Positions 51,355-63,216 of a stretch of DNA of 64,000 bases are shown here, piece after piece. Numbering within the stretch: the stretch's first letter is position 1; every line of letters starts with the position of its first letter. The position numbers and the translations under genes are program-made. This DNA comes from an uncultured Paracoccus sp. (GTDB taxonomy: Bacteria; Pseudomonadota; Alphaproteobacteria; Rhodobacterales; Rhodobacteraceae). The notes beneath the pieces were generated by a model. It was given only the letters and a program-made list of their open reading frames with translations. It was not told the DNA's origin and did not search any database. The stretch lies in the NCBI RefSeq assembly GCF_947496875.1, contig NZ_CANMEH010000001.1, positions 251,663 to 315,662 on the forward strand, given 5' to 3'.

Positions 51355-52869
51355 ATGGTTGCGATCGCCTATACGGTGGCGTTCGAGGGGGTCGAGGCGC
51401 GCCTGGTCGAGGTGCAGGCATCGGTCAGCCCGGGTCTGCCATCCTTCGGAATCGTGGGGCTGCCGGACAAGGCGGTCAGCGAGGCCCGCGAACGCGTGCG
51501 GGCGGCATTCGCCGCGCTGTCGATCGCCATGCCGTCGCGCCGTGTGACGGTGAACCTGTCGCCGGCCGACATGCCAAAGGAAGGCTCCCATTTCGACCTG
51601 CCAATCGCACTGGCGGTGCTGGCGGCGCTGCAGATCCTGCCGGCAGAGGAACTCGAAGGCGTGGTGTCGCTGGGCGAGCTGTCGCTCGACGGGCGTCTGG
51701 TGTCGGTCGCCGGGGCGCTGCCCGCCGCCATGGCCGCCGTCGAGGACGACCGCGCGCTGATCTGCCCGCGGGCCTGCGGGGCAGAGGCGGCGTGGGTGGC
51801 GGCGGTGACGGTGCTGGCCCCGGCGACGCTGCGGCAGGTCGTGGACCATCTGACCGGCCGCGCCCCTCTGCAGCCGGCCCGGGCGGGCGAGGTGGCGGCG
51901 CCGGATCGGCTGGCCGATCTGGCCGACGTGCGCGGGCAGGAGCGTGCCTGCCGGGCGCTGGAGATTGCGGCCGCCGGTGGTCATCACCTGCTGATGACTG
52001 GGCCGCCGGGGTCCGGCAAGTCGATGCTGGCCGCGCGACTGCCCGGGATCATGCCGGCGCTGACCCCGGCCGAGGCGCTGGAAACCTCGATGATCCATTC
52101 GCTGGCCGGGGTGCTGGCCGACGGCGGCATCTCGCGTGCCCCGCCGTTCCGCGAACCGCATCATACAGCCTCCATGGCGGCGATCGTCGGAGGGGGTCGT
52201 GCGGCGCGACCGGGTGAAATCAGCCTGGCCCATAACGGCGTCCTGTTCCTGGACGAACTGCCCGAGTTCTCGCGTCCGGTGCTGGAAACCCTGCGGCAGC
52301 CGATCGAGACGGGCGAGGTGGTGGTGGCGCGCGCCAACGCCCATGTGCGCTATCCCTGCCGCTTTCTGCTGGTCGCGGCCGCCAATCCCTGCCGCTGCGG
52401 CCATCTGGCCGATCCGGCGCGGGCCTGCAGCCGGGCGCCTTCCTGTGGAGCCGACTACATGAGCCGCATCTCGGGACCGCTGATGGATCGGTTTGACCTG
52501 AGGATCGAGGTGCCGGCCGTGTCGCTGGCCGACCTGGAAGCCCCCGCGACGGCTGAGCCGTCCGCGAGCGTGGCCGCGCGTGTCGCGGCGGCCCGCGCGG
52601 TGCAGTCGGACCGCTTTGCCGATCACCCCACGATGCGCGTGAACGCCGACGCGAGCGGCAATATGCTGGAGCAGATCGCCCGCCCGGACGACGAGGGCAG
52701 GGAGCTGATCCATCGCGCGGCGGACCGCCTGGGCCTGACGGCCCGCGGCTATCACCGGGTCCTGCGCACCGCCCGCACCATCGCCGATCTCGACGGCTCG
52801 GACTCCGTGCAGACCCGGCACCTGGCCGAGGCGATCAGCTTTCGCCTGCCATTCGTTGTGGGGGGATGA
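51355..52869 (+). CDS. comM: YifB/ComM family Mg-chelatase-like AAA+ ATPase
   Basis: N-terminal Lon-protease-like domain, Walker A LMTGPPGSGKSMLA, ..VLFLDELPEF.., C-terminal ..SARGYHRVLRTARTIADLDGS... Confidence 0.9.
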   Translation: MVAIAYTVAFEGVEARLVEVQASVSPGLPSFGIVGLPDKAVSEARERVRAAFAALSIAMPSRRVTVNLSPADMPKEGSHFDLPIALAVLAALQILPAEELEGVVSLGELSLDGRLVSVAGALPAAMAAVEDDRALICPRACGAEAAWVAAVTVLAPATLRQVVDHLTGRAPLQPARAGEVAAPDRLADLADVRGQERACRALEIAAAGGHHLLMTGPPGSGKSMLAARLPGIMPALTPAEALETSMIHSLAGVLADGGISRAPPFREPHHTASMAAIVGGGRAARPGEISLAHNGVLFLDELPEFSRPVLETLRQPIETGEVVVARANAHVRYPCRFLLVAAANPCRCGHLADPARACSRAPSCGADYMSRISGPLMDRFDLRIEVPAVSLADLEAPATAEPSASVAARVAAARAVQSDRFADHPTMRVNADASGNMLEQIARPDDEGRELIHRAADRLGLTARGYHRVLRTARTIADLDGSDSVQTRHLAEAISFRLPFVVGG

Positions 52870-53022
52870 GGGCGGCCGAGACGCGCCCTGCGGCGCCGCC
52901 CAAAGGCGATCCGGGCGACGCCGCGCCGGACGATAGCCCGGCTCAGCGGCAACCGCGGCCGTTCCCTCGAACATCGCCGCGGGCACGGACCGCCCGCGAC
53001 AGCCTGTCGAGTGGACGCTCCG

Positions 53023-54288
<1,266 letters not shown>

Positions 54289-54442
54289 GGTCAGTTCCTC
54301 GTCCTTCGTGCCTGCGGCCCGGGACAGGGCCGGCAGTTGCCACGGGCGACAGAAGCGCCGCCGCGCGGGTTTCCCCATGTTAAGTTCGGGGGGAGGTGGT
54401 CACAATCCCCAAACGCCTCGCATTGGAACCGTCGGAGCCGGG

Positions 54443-55087
54443 TCAGCTTTCGGGAACTGCCTTGCCGCGGGGTTCCAGGATGTCGTCCAGCAGCCCCCAC
54501 TCCTTCGCCTCTGTCGGCGACATGAAGCGGTCGCGGTCGAGTGCCTTCTCGACTTCGTCCAGGGTCCGGCCGGTGTGCTGAACATAGATCTCGTTCAGCC
54601 GACGCTTCAGCTTCTGGGTCTCTTCGGCATGGATCAGCAGGTCGGCCGCCTGGCCGCGGAACCCGCCGGACGGCTGGTGGATCATGATCCGGCTGTTGGG
54701 CAGCGAGTAGCGCGCGCCCTTTTCACCGGCCGCCAGCAACAGCGACCCCATCGACGCCGCCTGGCCGATCACCAGGGTCGAGATGCGGGGCCGGACATAC
54801 TGCATCGTGTCGTAGATCGACAGCCCTGCGGTCACCACGCCGCCAGGGCTGTTGATGTACATGCTGATGTCCTTGGACGGATTTTCCGCCTCGAGGAACA
54901 GCAGCTGGGCCGAGATCAGCGTGGCCATTCCGTCGTGGACGGGACCCGCGACGAAGATGATGCGTTCCTTCAGCAGGCGTGAAAAGATGTCATAGGCACG
55001 TTCGCCCCGGCTGGTCTGTTCGACCACCATCGGGACAAGCGTGTTCATGTAGTGTTCGTGAAGATCCATCTGCGCCCCTGTCATCAT
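54443..55087 (-). CDS. clpP: ATP-dependent Clp protease proteolytic subunit ClpP
   Basis: ..[29 protein letters not shown].., [20 protein letters not shown]. Confidence 0.95.
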   Translation of the reverse strand: MMTGAQMDLHEHYMNTLVPMVVEQTSRGERAYDIFSRLLKERIIFVAGPVHDGMATLISAQLLFLEAENPSKDISMYINSPGGVVTAGLSIYDTMQYVRPRISTLVIGQAASMGSLLLAAGEKGARYSLPNSRIMIHQPSGGFRGQAADLLIHAEETQKLKRRLNEIYVQHTGRTLDEVEKALDRDRFMSPTEAKEWGLLDDILEPRGKAVPES

Positions 55088-55217
55088 CCACCCGGGGGCT
55101 GATCTGTCCCCGGCCCTGCCCGTCCACGTCCACTAGGGGCGAAAGGTTGACAGAGTCTTAGTAACGCGCGACGCCCGCCGCAAGGGATGGGGTCGCATGC
55201 GAGCAAGGGGATCGTCC

Positions 55218-55964
55218 ATGCAGTTGATCGTCGGACTGGGCAATCCGGGGCAGAAATATGCCCGCAACAGACACAATGTCGGCTGGATGGCGATCGACCG
55301 GATCGCGCTGGACCACGGCTTCGCGCCTTGGCGCCCCAGGTTTCAGGGGCTGATCGCCGAGGGCCGTCTGGGCGACGTGCGGGTGACGCTGCTGAAACCC
55401 CAGACGTTCATGAACCTGTCCGGCCAGTCGGTGGGCGAGGCGATGCGCTATCTGAAGCTGACGCCCGCCGATGTCACGGTGCTGCATGACGAGCTGGACT
55501 TGGCCCCCGGAAAATGCCGGGTCAAGACGGGGGGCGGTCATGCCGGCCACAACGGCCTGCGGTCGATGCACCAGCATATCGGCGACGCGTATCGCCGGGT
55601 GCGGCTGGGGATCGGCCATCCCGGCCGCAAGGAACTGGTGACGTCGCATGTCCTGTCGGATTTCGCCAAGGCGGATGCGGACTGGCTCGAGGATCTGCTG
55701 ACCGGCGTATCGGACGGGGCGCCGGCGCTGGCGGCAGGCGACGATGCCCGGTTTGCGGCCGCGGTTTCGGCCCGGACGGCCCCGCAAGGCCGGGGGACGG
55801 ATGGACGGGAGGCACAAGATGGCCGGCCGCGCGCCGCGCCGTCGGCGTCCGCGTCGGTCGCGGCGGCCGATCCCGCCCCCGCCGGGCCTGCACCTGCCCA
55901 GTCACCCAGCGACATGGCAGGCAAGCTGAGCGCACTGCGCGCGCTGTTCGGAGGAAAGTCCTGA
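55218..55964 (+). CDS. pth: Peptidyl-tRNA hydrolase with a low-complexity C-terminal extension
   Basis: [24 protein letters not shown].., ..[18 protein letters not shown]... Confidence 0.9.
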   Translation: MQLIVGLGNPGQKYARNRHNVGWMAIDRIALDHGFAPWRPRFQGLIAEGRLGDVRVTLLKPQTFMNLSGQSVGEAMRYLKLTPADVTVLHDELDLAPGKCRVKTGGGHAGHNGLRSMHQHIGDAYRRVRLGIGHPGRKELVTSHVLSDFAKADADWLEDLLTGVSDGAPALAAGDDARFAAAVSARTAPQGRGTDGREAQDGRPRAAPSASASVAAADPAPAGPAPAQSPSDMAGKLSALRALFGGKS

Positions 55965-56350
55965 TGGATCCGTCACTCAACGTGCTGGGCGAGCGGCTGC
56001 AGAGCTGTTCGACGGCGCCGCTCACCGGCTTCTACCGCAACGGATGCTGTGACACGGGCCGCGAGGATCAGGGCAGTCACACGGTCTGCGTGATCGTCAC
56101 CGCCGAATTCCTGGCCCTGTCCAAATATCTGGGCAACGACCTGTCGACGCCGCGTCCCGAATACCGTTTCGAGGGCCTGAAGCCCGGGGACCGGTGGTGC
56201 CTGTGCGCCGGCCGTTTTCTGCAGGCGGCGCAGGAGTTTGCCGCACCCCAGGTGGTGCTGGAAGCAACCCATGCGCGGGCGCTGGAGATCGTGCCGCGTG
56301 AACTGCTGCTCGCGCACGCAGTCGGACGCGAGGGCGGGTCAGGGCAATGA
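55964..56350 (+). CDS. DUF2237 family protein
   Basis: 128 aa: ..NVLGERLQSCSTAPLTGFYRNGCCDTGREDQGSHTVCV..WCLCAGRF... ATGA-type overlap with the pth stop. Confidence 0.8.
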   Translation: MDPSLNVLGERLQSCSTAPLTGFYRNGCCDTGREDQGSHTVCVIVTAEFLALSKYLGNDLSTPRPEYRFEGLKPGDRWCLCAGRFLQAAQEFAAPQVVLEATHARALEIVPRELLLAHAVGREGGSGQ

Positions 56351-56420
56351 ACTCGCGCGGGACGGCGCGCCTGCAGGGGTGAGGGCGCCCATCCGCATGC
56401 TTGACCGGCCGTCCAACGAG

Positions 56421-56450
56421 AACGGCCCCCGATCTCGGCGGCCGTTTCCT
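56421..56450 (+). terminator. Hairpin between the convergent DUF2237 and acidic-tail genes (possible terminator)
   Basis: AACGGCCCCCGA-tc-TCGGCGGCCGTT (one mismatch) followed by TCCTT. Confidence 0.4.
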
Positions 56451-56462
56451 TGCGGGGGGCGC

Positions 56463-57179
56463 TCAGTTGCCCGCGCCGGACCCGTCCGAGCCATCGGCCC
56501 CGTCGGCGCCATCCGCACCGTCGGACCCATCAGCGCCGTCGGTGCCAGCATCACCTGCACTGTCACCGCCGTCGGCTCCGTCGTCTCCGGACGATCCGTC
56601 AGTGTCGCCCGCATCGGAATCCCCGGCATCGGTCCCTGAGTCGGTGTCGCTGGCGTCGGTGTCGCCCGCGTCAGTGCCAGCATCGCCGGCATCCGCGTCA
56701 CTCGCGCTATCCGATGAGTCGGCAGCGACGCCCGGGTCCGTTCCGGTTGTTCCGGTGTCGGTCGTGTTGCCCGTGACACCGACCGCGGATGCACCGGTGG
56801 GAGAGCTCTTGTCGCTCTCGTCGGTCTGATCGATGACCAGCTCGCCATCCCGTTCGACCAGCTTGCCCGAGGCGGTCTGGTAGACGAGTTCCATCGGCCG
56901 GCCGTCGCGCAGGGCGGTGACCGTCAGCAGGCTGCCTTCGCGGCTGATCCTGATGTCGGTGAAGCCCTGTGCCAGCAGGGTCTCGGCGATGGTCTGGTCA
57001 TTGGCGTTCTGCGGAAGATCCGTGACGATCACGGGCTGCACCACCACGACCTGCGCAGGTGTCGTGGTGGTTTCTGCCGGGGGGGTCAGGGCAGCTTGCG
57101 CGAAAGCGCCGGTCGCTAGGGCACTCAGGGCAAGCGCCTTGGTGCCGACCAATACGAACTTCATGGAATGTCTGGACAT
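56463..57179 (-). CDS. Secreted protein with a PepSY-like domain and a ~100-aa Asp/Gly/Ser/Thr/Ala acidic repeat tail
   Basis: ATG 57179 after AGGTGA. Signal peptide ..ALALSALATGAFAQA. Middle ..LLAQGFTDIRISREGSLLTVTALRDGRPMELVY... Tail ..DADAGDAGTDAGDTDASDTDSGTDAGDSDAGDTDGSSGDDGADGGDSAGDAGTDGADGSDGADGADGADGSDGSGAGN. Confidence 0.6.
   Translation of the reverse strand: MSRHSMKFVLVGTKALALSALATGAFAQAALTPPAETTTTPAQVVVVQPVIVTDLPQNANDQTIAETLLAQGFTDIRISREGSLLTVTALRDGRPMELVYQTASGKLVERDGELVIDQTDESDKSSPTGASAVGVTGNTTDTGTTGTDPGVAADSSDSASDADAGDAGTDAGDTDASDTDSGTDAGDSDAGDTDGSSGDDGADGGDSAGDAGTDGADGSDGADGADGADGSDGSGAGN
56466..56720 (-). repeat. Imperfect 9/18-nt periodic repeats encoding the acidic (G/A/S/T)-D tail
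   Basis: A run of ccgtcggNNccatcNgcNcc-like units, e.g. ccatcggccccgtcggcgccatccgcaccgtcggacccatcagcgccgtcggtgcc. Confidence 0.7.
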
Positions 57180-57275
57180 CGGTTCACCTGCAAAATTGTT
57201 GTGCAGGACAACCCGGGGACAACAGCGAAGTTGCGTGGCTCACGGTAAGTTGGGCGGGCCGCGACCGCCGCCCGA

Positions 57276-58502
57276 TCAGCCGTCGATCTTCACGCCGAGA
57301 TGGCGGGCCACCGTAAAGATGTCCTTGTCGCCGCGACCGCACATGTTCATCACGATCAGATGTTCGGCCGGCAGCTCGGGTGCGATCTTGGCGACATGGG
57401 CCAGGGCATGGCACGGCTCCAGCGCCGGGATGATGCCCTCGGTCTCGCAGCACAGCGTGAAGGCGGCAAGCGCCTCGGCGTCCGTGATGCTGACATAGTC
57501 GGCGCGGCCGGCATCCTTCAGCCAGGCGTGTTCCGGTCCGATCCCCGGATAGTCCAGGCCGGCGCTGATGGAGTGGCCTTCCAGGATCTGCCCCTCGTCG
57601 TCCTGCAGCAGGTAGGTGCGGTTGCCATGCAGGACGCCGGGCCGGCCGCCGGTCAGGCTGGCGCAGTGCTGCATGGTTTCGTCGACGCCCTTGCCGCCGG
57701 CCTCGACGCCGATGATGCGGACGCTGCGGTCGTCGAGGAACGGGTGGAACAGCCCCATGGCGTTCGACCCGCCGCCGATTGCCGCGATCAGGGTGTCGGG
57801 CAACCGGCCTTCGCGCTCCATCATCTGTGCCTTGGTCTCGCGCCCGATGATCGACTGGAAATCGCGCACCATGGCGGGGTAGGGGTGCGGTCCCGCGACC
57901 GTCCCGATGCAGTAGAACGTGTCGCGCACGTTCGTCACCCAGTCGCGCAGCGCATCGTTCATCGCGTCCTTCAGCGTGCCCCGCCCGGACCGGACCGGCA
58001 CCACCTCGGCGCCCAGCAGGCGCATCCGAAACACGTTCGGCTGCTGCCGCTCTACATCGTGGGCGCCCATGTAGACCACGCATTTCAGGCCGAAGCGCGC
58101 GCAGACCGTCGCGGTCGCCACCCCGTGCTGGCCGGCGCCGGTTTCCGCGATGATCCGGGTCTTGCCCATGCGGCGGGCCAGCAGGATCTGCCCTAGGACG
58201 TTGTTGATCTTGTGGCTGCCGGTGTGGTTCAGCTCGTCCCGCTTCATGTAGATCGTGGCGCCGCCCAGACGCTCGGTCAGCCGTTCCGCCTTGTATAGCG
58301 GCGACGGGCGGCCGACGTAATGCGTCCACAGATCGTCCATTTCCGCCTTGAACGCCGGGTCGGTCTTGGCGCGCTCGTATTCAGCCTGCAGCTGCAGGAT
58401 CAGCGGCATCAGCGTCTCGCTGACGAACCGCCCGCCATAGATGCCGAAGCGGCCCTGTTCGTCCGGTCCGTTCATGAAGCTGTTGATCAGGTCGTCGGCC
58501 AT
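57276..58502 (-). CDS. trpB: Tryptophan synthase beta chain
   Basis: ..[17 protein letters not shown].., [24 protein letters not shown]. Confidence 0.96.
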   Translation of the reverse strand: MADDLINSFMNGPDEQGRFGIYGGRFVSETLMPLILQLQAEYERAKTDPAFKAEMDDLWTHYVGRPSPLYKAERLTERLGGATIYMKRDELNHTGSHKINNVLGQILLARRMGKTRIIAETGAGQHGVATATVCARFGLKCVVYMGAHDVERQQPNVFRMRLLGAEVVPVRSGRGTLKDAMNDALRDWVTNVRDTFYCIGTVAGPHPYPAMVRDFQSIIGRETKAQMMEREGRLPDTLIAAIGGGSNAMGLFHPFLDDRSVRIIGVEAGGKGVDETMQHCASLTGGRPGVLHGNRTYLLQDDEGQILEGHSISAGLDYPGIGPEHAWLKDAGRADYVSITDAEALAAFTLCCETEGIIPALEPCHALAHVAKIAPELPAEHLIVMNMCGRGDKDIFTVARHLGVKIDG

Positions 58503-58531
58503 CCCAGTCCCCCAAGCTGCCCGGACGCGGG

Positions 58532-58975
58532 CTAGAGCGGCTTCTTAAATCCGATATGCGAGGCGGTAAACCCGAGCCGATGGTAGAACCGGTGGGCCTC
58601 GCCCCGCGTCCGGTTTGTCGTTAGTTGCAGAAGCCGGCATCCCGCGGCCCGGGCGCGGGCTTCGGCATCCTGCATCAGCGCATCGCCGACGCCGTGGCCC
58701 CGCAAGTCCGCGGCCACGCGCACGCCCTCGATCAGGGCGCGTCGCGCCGCCTGCAGGGACAGGCCGTCGATGAAGGTGATCTGGTAGCAGGCGATGACCC
58801 TGTCGTCGCGCTGGCCGACGATCAGCAGGTTGTCCGGCTGCGTGGCGATCCGGTCGAAGGCCGCGAGATAGGCGCCCATGTCGCCGTCCTCGCGGTTGCG
58901 TCCCAGCACGTCGTCGCGCAGCAGGGCCACGATTGCCGGCACATCGCTGCGTCCTGCCTCGCGCCAGTGGGTCAT
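58532..58975 (-). CDS. GNAT family N-acetyltransferase
   Basis: 147 aa with acetyl-CoA motif ..[47 protein letters not shown]... ATGA overlap with the trpF stop. Confidence 0.85.
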   Translation of the reverse strand: MTHWREAGRSDVPAIVALLRDDVLGRNREDGDMGAYLAAFDRIATQPDNLLIVGQRDDRVIACYQITFIDGLSLQAARRALIEGVRVAADLRGHGVGDALMQDAEARARAAGCRLLQLTTNRTRGEAHRFYHRLGFTASHIGFKKPL

Positions 58976-59613
58976 GCCGCCGCCGCGGCCGCCACGAAGG
59001 CACGGATCAGGTCGGGATCCTTGACGCCCGGCGCCGATTCCACCCCCGATGACACATCCACGCCCGGCGCACCCGTCAGCCGGACCGCCTCGGCGACGTT
59101 GTCGGGGGTCAGCCCGCCGGCCAGCATCCACGGCTTCAGCATCCGCCGCCCGGCCAGCAGGCGCCAGTCGAAGGACAGCCCGTTCCCGCCGGGCAGCGCC
59201 GCACCGGGCGGCGGCTTGGCGTCGATCAGCAGCAGATCCGCGACCACGCCGTAGTCGAGCAGGGCCGCCAGGTCCTGCGGATGCGCCACGCCCACCGCCT
59301 TCATCACCGGCAGCCCAGCACGGGCGCGGATCTCGGCCACCCGCGCCGGGGTTTCCTGGCCGTGCAGCTGGATGATGTCCAGCGGCACCGTTTCCAGCAC
59401 CGCATCTAGGGCGGCGTCGTCGGGGTTCACGAACAGGCCCACGCGGGCGAGCCCCTCGGGCATGTCGAGGGCGAGCGCGGCGGCGCGTGACGGGTCCAGG
59501 TTGCGGGGCGACCGGGGGAAGAACACCAGCCCGGCATAGCGCGCCCCGGCAGCGGCAGCCGCGGCGACGTCCTGTGGCCGGGTCAGCCCGCAGATCTTGA
59601 CAGCCGTGTTCAC
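58972..59613 (-). CDS. trpF: Phosphoribosylanthranilate isomerase
   Basis: GTG 59613 ([37 protein letters not shown]..), ..IQLHGQE.., ..AGGLTPDNV... Confidence 0.88.
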   Translation of the reverse strand: MNTAVKICGLTRPQDVAAAAAAGARYAGLVFFPRSPRNLDPSRAAALALDMPEGLARVGLFVNPDDAALDAVLETVPLDIIQLHGQETPARVAEIRARAGLPVMKAVGVAHPQDLAALLDYGVVADLLLIDAKPPPGAALPGGNGLSFDWRLLAGRRMLKPWMLAGGLTPDNVAEAVRLTGAPGVDVSSGVESAPGVKDPDLIRAFVAAAAAA

Positions 59614-60086
59614 CTGCGGGCGGGCAGCATGTCCGGGCTCCGCGCGGTCGTCACAGCCGGGGACGGTGTCGCGGTTGCGGGCGCCAGGGGCGGCAGTGCC
59701 GCAGGCGGCGGAACATCGGCAGCGTGACGGGTGCCCGCGCGTTGTCCGTCGAGGATTGCCAGAACGTCGTCGTTGGGTGCGGCAAAATGCGCGCGCAGGG
59801 CGCCGGTTTCCCGTTGCGCGGCCGCCAGCGCCTGTGCGCGGCGGGCCGCGGCTGTCCGGATGCGCGATTCCCGCAGCCATTCCCAGATCAGCCCCAGTAC
59901 CATTCCGATGGCCAACGTCAGGAAGATCAGCAGGAACAGCGGCATCGTCACCGTCCAGCCGCCGCCCAGAAACTGCGCGAGGTTGGCGGGGAACAGACCC
60001 ACGGTGACGGGGGCGCGGTTGGCAAGGGCGACACCGATCAGCACCAGGGCCAGCACGATCAGGAGCAGCAGGCGAAGGGTGCGCAT
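59610..60086 (-). CDS. LapA-family (DUF1049) inner-membrane protein
   Basis: Two N-terminal TM helices (..[18 protein letters not shown].., ..[23 protein letters not shown]..) then a Pro/Ala-rich tail. Downstream of ihfB, as lapA is in other proteobacteria. Alternative start GTG 60101. Confidence 0.7.
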   Translation of the reverse strand: MRTLRLLLLIVLALVLIGVALANRAPVTVGLFPANLAQFLGGGWTVTMPLFLLIFLTLAIGMVLGLIWEWLRESRIRTAAARRAQALAAAQRETGALRAHFAAPNDDVLAILDGQRAGTRHAADVPPPAALPPLAPATATPSPAVTTARSPDMLPARR

Positions 60087-60183
60087 CGGTCGGATCCTCA
60101 CTGGCAGATGGGCGCTGAGCGGTTGGGTGCGGGCACAGCCCGCCTCGCGGCAATCTGACCTATCGGGGCCCGGGCATCAACCG

Positions 60184-60468
60184 TCACCGATCCTCGTTCA
60201 GACGGTCGCGCAGCAGCTTTCCGGTCTTGAAGAAGGGGACGTGCTTTTCCTCGACCTCCACCATCTCGCCGGTGCGCGGGTTCCGCCCTTGGCGGGCATC
60301 GCGCCGCTTGACTGAAAACGCGCCGAAACCGCGCAGCTCGACGCGGTCGCCACGCGCCATCGCCGAGATGATCTCCTCGAACACGGTACCGACGATCTTT
60401 TCCACGTCGCGGTGCAGCAGATGCGGGTTCTCGTCCGAGATCTTCTGTATCAATTCGGACCTGATCAT
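60184..60468 (-). CDS. ihfB: Integration host factor beta subunit
   Basis: 94 aa: [70 protein letters not shown]. Confidence 0.93.
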   Translation of the reverse strand: MIRSELIQKISDENPHLLHRDVEKIVGTVFEEIISAMARGDRVELRGFGAFSVKRRDARQGRNPRTGEMVEVEEKHVPFFKTGKLLRDRLNEDR

Positions 60469-60580
60469 CGACACCCCCGGACATCTGCAGGCCCGCGACC
60501 AGACCCAACTGCTGGTTTTCCAACGCAGACCGCCGGGATTGGTTGCACGCAAGCTGATGGGCACAGCAGCAAATGCGAAC

Positions 60581-60609
60581 GAAAAACGCCGCCCCGTCGG
60601 GGGCGGCGT
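60581..60609 (-). terminator. Intrinsic terminator after rpsA
   Basis: Minus-strand ACGCCGCCCC-cgac-GGGGCGGCGT (perfect 10 bp) followed by TTTTTCGTTCG. Confidence 0.85.
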
Positions 60610-60637
60610 GATGGTGACGCGATGTGACCCGACGGGC

Positions 60638-62317
60638 TCAGCCGCGGTTCTTCAGCGCAGCCCCCAGTATGTCGCCGAGCGAGGCGCCCGAGTCGGACGA
60701 GCCGTACTGGTCGATCGCTTCCTTCTCTTCGGCGATCTCGCGCGCCTTGATCGACAGGCCAAGACGCCGGGTCTTGGTGTCGATGTTGGTGACGCGGGCA
60801 TCGATCGTGTCGCCGACCTGGAAGCGTTCGGGCCGCTGGTCCTGGCGGTCGCGGGCCAGGTCCGATCGGCGGATGAACGACTTGACGCCGTTGTACTCCA
60901 CCTCGATCCCGCCTTCCTCGATTGCGGTGATGGTGACCGTCACGATCGAGCCGCGCTTCACGCCGTCGACCGCCTCGGTCATCGTGTCGTTTTCCAAGGC
61001 CTTCACCGACAGGCTGATACGCTCCTTGTCGACGTCCACTTCCTGGACGGCGGCACGGACGACATCGCCCTTGCGGTAGTTCTGGATTGCATCCTCGCCG
61101 CGCTGATCCCAGGACAGGTCGGACAGATGGACCATGCCGTCGATGTCGCCCTCGAGGCCCACGAACAGACCGAACTCGGTGATGTTCTTGACCTCGCCCT
61201 CGATCTGGGTGCCGGCCGGGTGGGTTTCGGCGAAGACTTCCCACGGGTTGCGCATGGTCTGCTTGAGACCCAGCGAGACGCGGCGCTTCTGCTCGTCGAT
61301 CTCCAGCACCATGACGTCCACCTCCTGCGAGGTCGAGACGATCTTGCCGGGGTGCACGTTCTTCTTGGTCCAGGACATTTCCGACACGTGGACCAGACCT
61401 TCGATCCCCGCCTCGAGCTCCACGAAGGCGCCGTAGTCGGTGATGTTGGTGACGCGGCCCTTGTGGACGCTGCCGATCGGGAACTTCTCGGACACGGTAT
61501 CCCAAGGGTCGGCCTGCAGCTGCTTCATGCCCAGGCTGATTCGATGGGTTTCCTTGTTGATCTTGACGACCTGCACCTTGACGGTCTCGCCGATCGACAG
61601 GATTTCCGACGGGTGGTTGACCCGGCGCCATGCCATGTCGGTGACGTGCAGCAGCCCGTCCACACCGCCCAGATCGACGAACGCACCGTATTCGGTGATG
61701 TTCTTGACGACGCCGTCGACCACCTGGCCTTCGTGCAGGTTGGCGATGACCTCGGCCCGCTGTTCGGCGCGGCTTTCTTCCAGGATGGCGCGGCGCGACA
61801 CGACGATGTTGCCGCGGCGACGATCCATCTTGAGGATCTGGAACGGCTGCTTCAGGCCCATCAGCGGGCCGGCGTCGCGCACCGGGCGCACGTCCACCTG
61901 CGAGCCGGGCAGGAACGCCACGGCACCGCCGAGGTCGACGGTGAAGCCGCCCTTGACGCGACCGAAGATGGCGCCCTCGACCCGGTCTTCCTTGGCGTAG
62001 GCCTGTTCCAGACGGTCCCACGCTTCTTCGCGGCGGGCCTTCTCACGGCTGATGCTGGCTTCGCCGCGGGCGTTTTCGACGCGGTCCAGATAGACCTCGA
62101 CCTCGTCGCCGACCTTCAGCTCCGCCTCTTCGCCGGGACCTGCAAATTCCTTCAGATCGACACGGCCTTCCATCTTGTAGCCGACGTCGATGATGGCCTG
62201 CCCCGCCTCGATGGCGAGAACCCGGCCTTTGACAACCGAACCTTCGTTCGGGGTGTCGATCTCGAGGCTGTCGTTCAGGAGGGCCTCGAATTCCTCCATG
62301 GATGCGTTTTTCGCCAT
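60638..62317 (-). CDS. rpsA: 30S ribosomal protein S1
   Basis: 559 aa with six S1 repeats (..[30 protein letters not shown]..). Confidence 0.97.
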   Translation of the reverse strand: MAKNASMEEFEALLNDSLEIDTPNEGSVVKGRVLAIEAGQAIIDVGYKMEGRVDLKEFAGPGEEAELKVGDEVEVYLDRVENARGEASISREKARREEAWDRLEQAYAKEDRVEGAIFGRVKGGFTVDLGGAVAFLPGSQVDVRPVRDAGPLMGLKQPFQILKMDRRRGNIVVSRRAILEESRAEQRAEVIANLHEGQVVDGVVKNITEYGAFVDLGGVDGLLHVTDMAWRRVNHPSEILSIGETVKVQVVKINKETHRISLGMKQLQADPWDTVSEKFPIGSVHKGRVTNITDYGAFVELEAGIEGLVHVSEMSWTKKNVHPGKIVSTSQEVDVMVLEIDEQKRRVSLGLKQTMRNPWEVFAETHPAGTQIEGEVKNITEFGLFVGLEGDIDGMVHLSDLSWDQRGEDAIQNYRKGDVVRAAVQEVDVDKERISLSVKALENDTMTEAVDGVKRGSIVTVTITAIEEGGIEVEYNGVKSFIRRSDLARDRQDQRPERFQVGDTIDARVTNIDTKTRRLGLSIKAREIAEEKEAIDQYGSSDSGASLGDILGAALKNRG

Positions 62318-62470
62318 GTGGCGGTGATGTCCTTTGCGTTGCTATACGGGCCTGGCGGTTGGCTCCGCCGGTCGGTGGGGTCTCTCGTGAACGCCAAAAG
62401 GCCGCGGCTGACGCCCGACCCGTTGCAAAGCGGCCTGTTGTGGCCTTGTCGCCCGAAAGACTTGCGCGGG

Positions 62471-62499
62471 CCTATAGCTGTGAAACGCGCGGCTGGCAA
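62471..62499 (-). promoter_or_regulatory. Candidate rpsA promoter (TTGCCA-N17-TATAGG on the minus strand)
   Basis: -35 at 62494-62499 and -10 at 62471-62476 (plus-strand coordinates). Implies a ~145-nt leader. Motif match only. Confidence 0.35.
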
Positions 62500-62533
62500 G
62501 CCGTGGCGCGGGTTTGACGACCGCGACGCCTGT

Positions 62534-63127
62534 TCAGCTGCGGCTGGCCAGGGCGCGTTCGACCGCCGCCGTCGCTGCCGCGACGGCCTCCGCGATCGTC
62601 AGGGTGGTGGTGTCTAGGGTCAGCGCGTCGCTGGCCGCGCGCAGCGGGGCTGCGTCGCGGGCCCGGTCCCGGGCGTCCCGTTCGCGCAACTGCGCCAGTA
62701 TCTCGGCGGGATCGGCGCCAAGCTCCGCGGCGCGGCGGCTGGCCCGGGTTTCGTCGTCGGCGATGACGTAGAGCTTCACCGGCGCATCGGGGCAGATCAC
62801 CGTGCCGATGTCGCGCCCGTCCAGGATCGCGCCCGGTTCCTGCAGCGCAAAGTGGCGCTGGAAATCGATGAGCGCGGCACGCACGTCCGGAATCGCGGCC
62901 ACGCGTGACGCGGCCTGGCCGGCCTCGGCGCTGCGCAGGTCGGGACGGGTCAGATCCTCGCTCCGCAGCGACTGCGCTGCGGCCACCGGATCGCCCCCCT
63001 TCATCCCGACTGCCCGGTAGAGCAGGCCGGTATCCAGATGCGCGAAGCCAAAGCGCGCCGCCAGCGCCCGGGCGATCGTGCCCTTCCCCGCAGCGGCGGG
63101 GCCGTCAATGGCGATGGTGAAAGACAT
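62534..63127 (-). CDS. cmk: Cytidylate kinase
   Basis: [41 protein letters not shown]... Sits in the conserved cmk-rpsA-ihfB order. Confidence 0.93.
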   Translation of the reverse strand: MSFTIAIDGPAAAGKGTIARALAARFGFAHLDTGLLYRAVGMKGGDPVAAAQSLRSEDLTRPDLRSAEAGQAASRVAAIPDVRAALIDFQRHFALQEPGAILDGRDIGTVICPDAPVKLYVIADDETRASRRAAELGADPAEILAQLRERDARDRARDAAPLRAASDALTLDTTTLTIAEAVAAATAAVERALASRS

Positions 63128-63216
63128 GGCAGACTCCGGCTGATGCTGGGGCGATCAGTTGCCACATCGTGCCGTCCCGGGAAACCCGCGGCGACAAAAG
63201 TCGCCCGCCGCGGCGA

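Noticed and set aside
55088-55217. Sigma-32-type heat-shock promoter upstream of clpP (..CCCCTAGT.. on the minus strand), and a TTGACA at 55147.
   Set aside because: The -35 partner is poor (GTTACTAA versus CTTGAAA) and the spacing is off. The TTGACA has no acceptable -10 at 16-18 nt. This is too weak to report as a feature.
56401-56829. Plus-strand ORF encoding PSAPSAPSAPSDPSAPS.. repeats.
   Set aside because: It is the reverse-complement reading of the acidic-tail repeats. It has no start context or signal peptide, whereas the minus-strand gene has an SD, a signal peptide and a folded domain.
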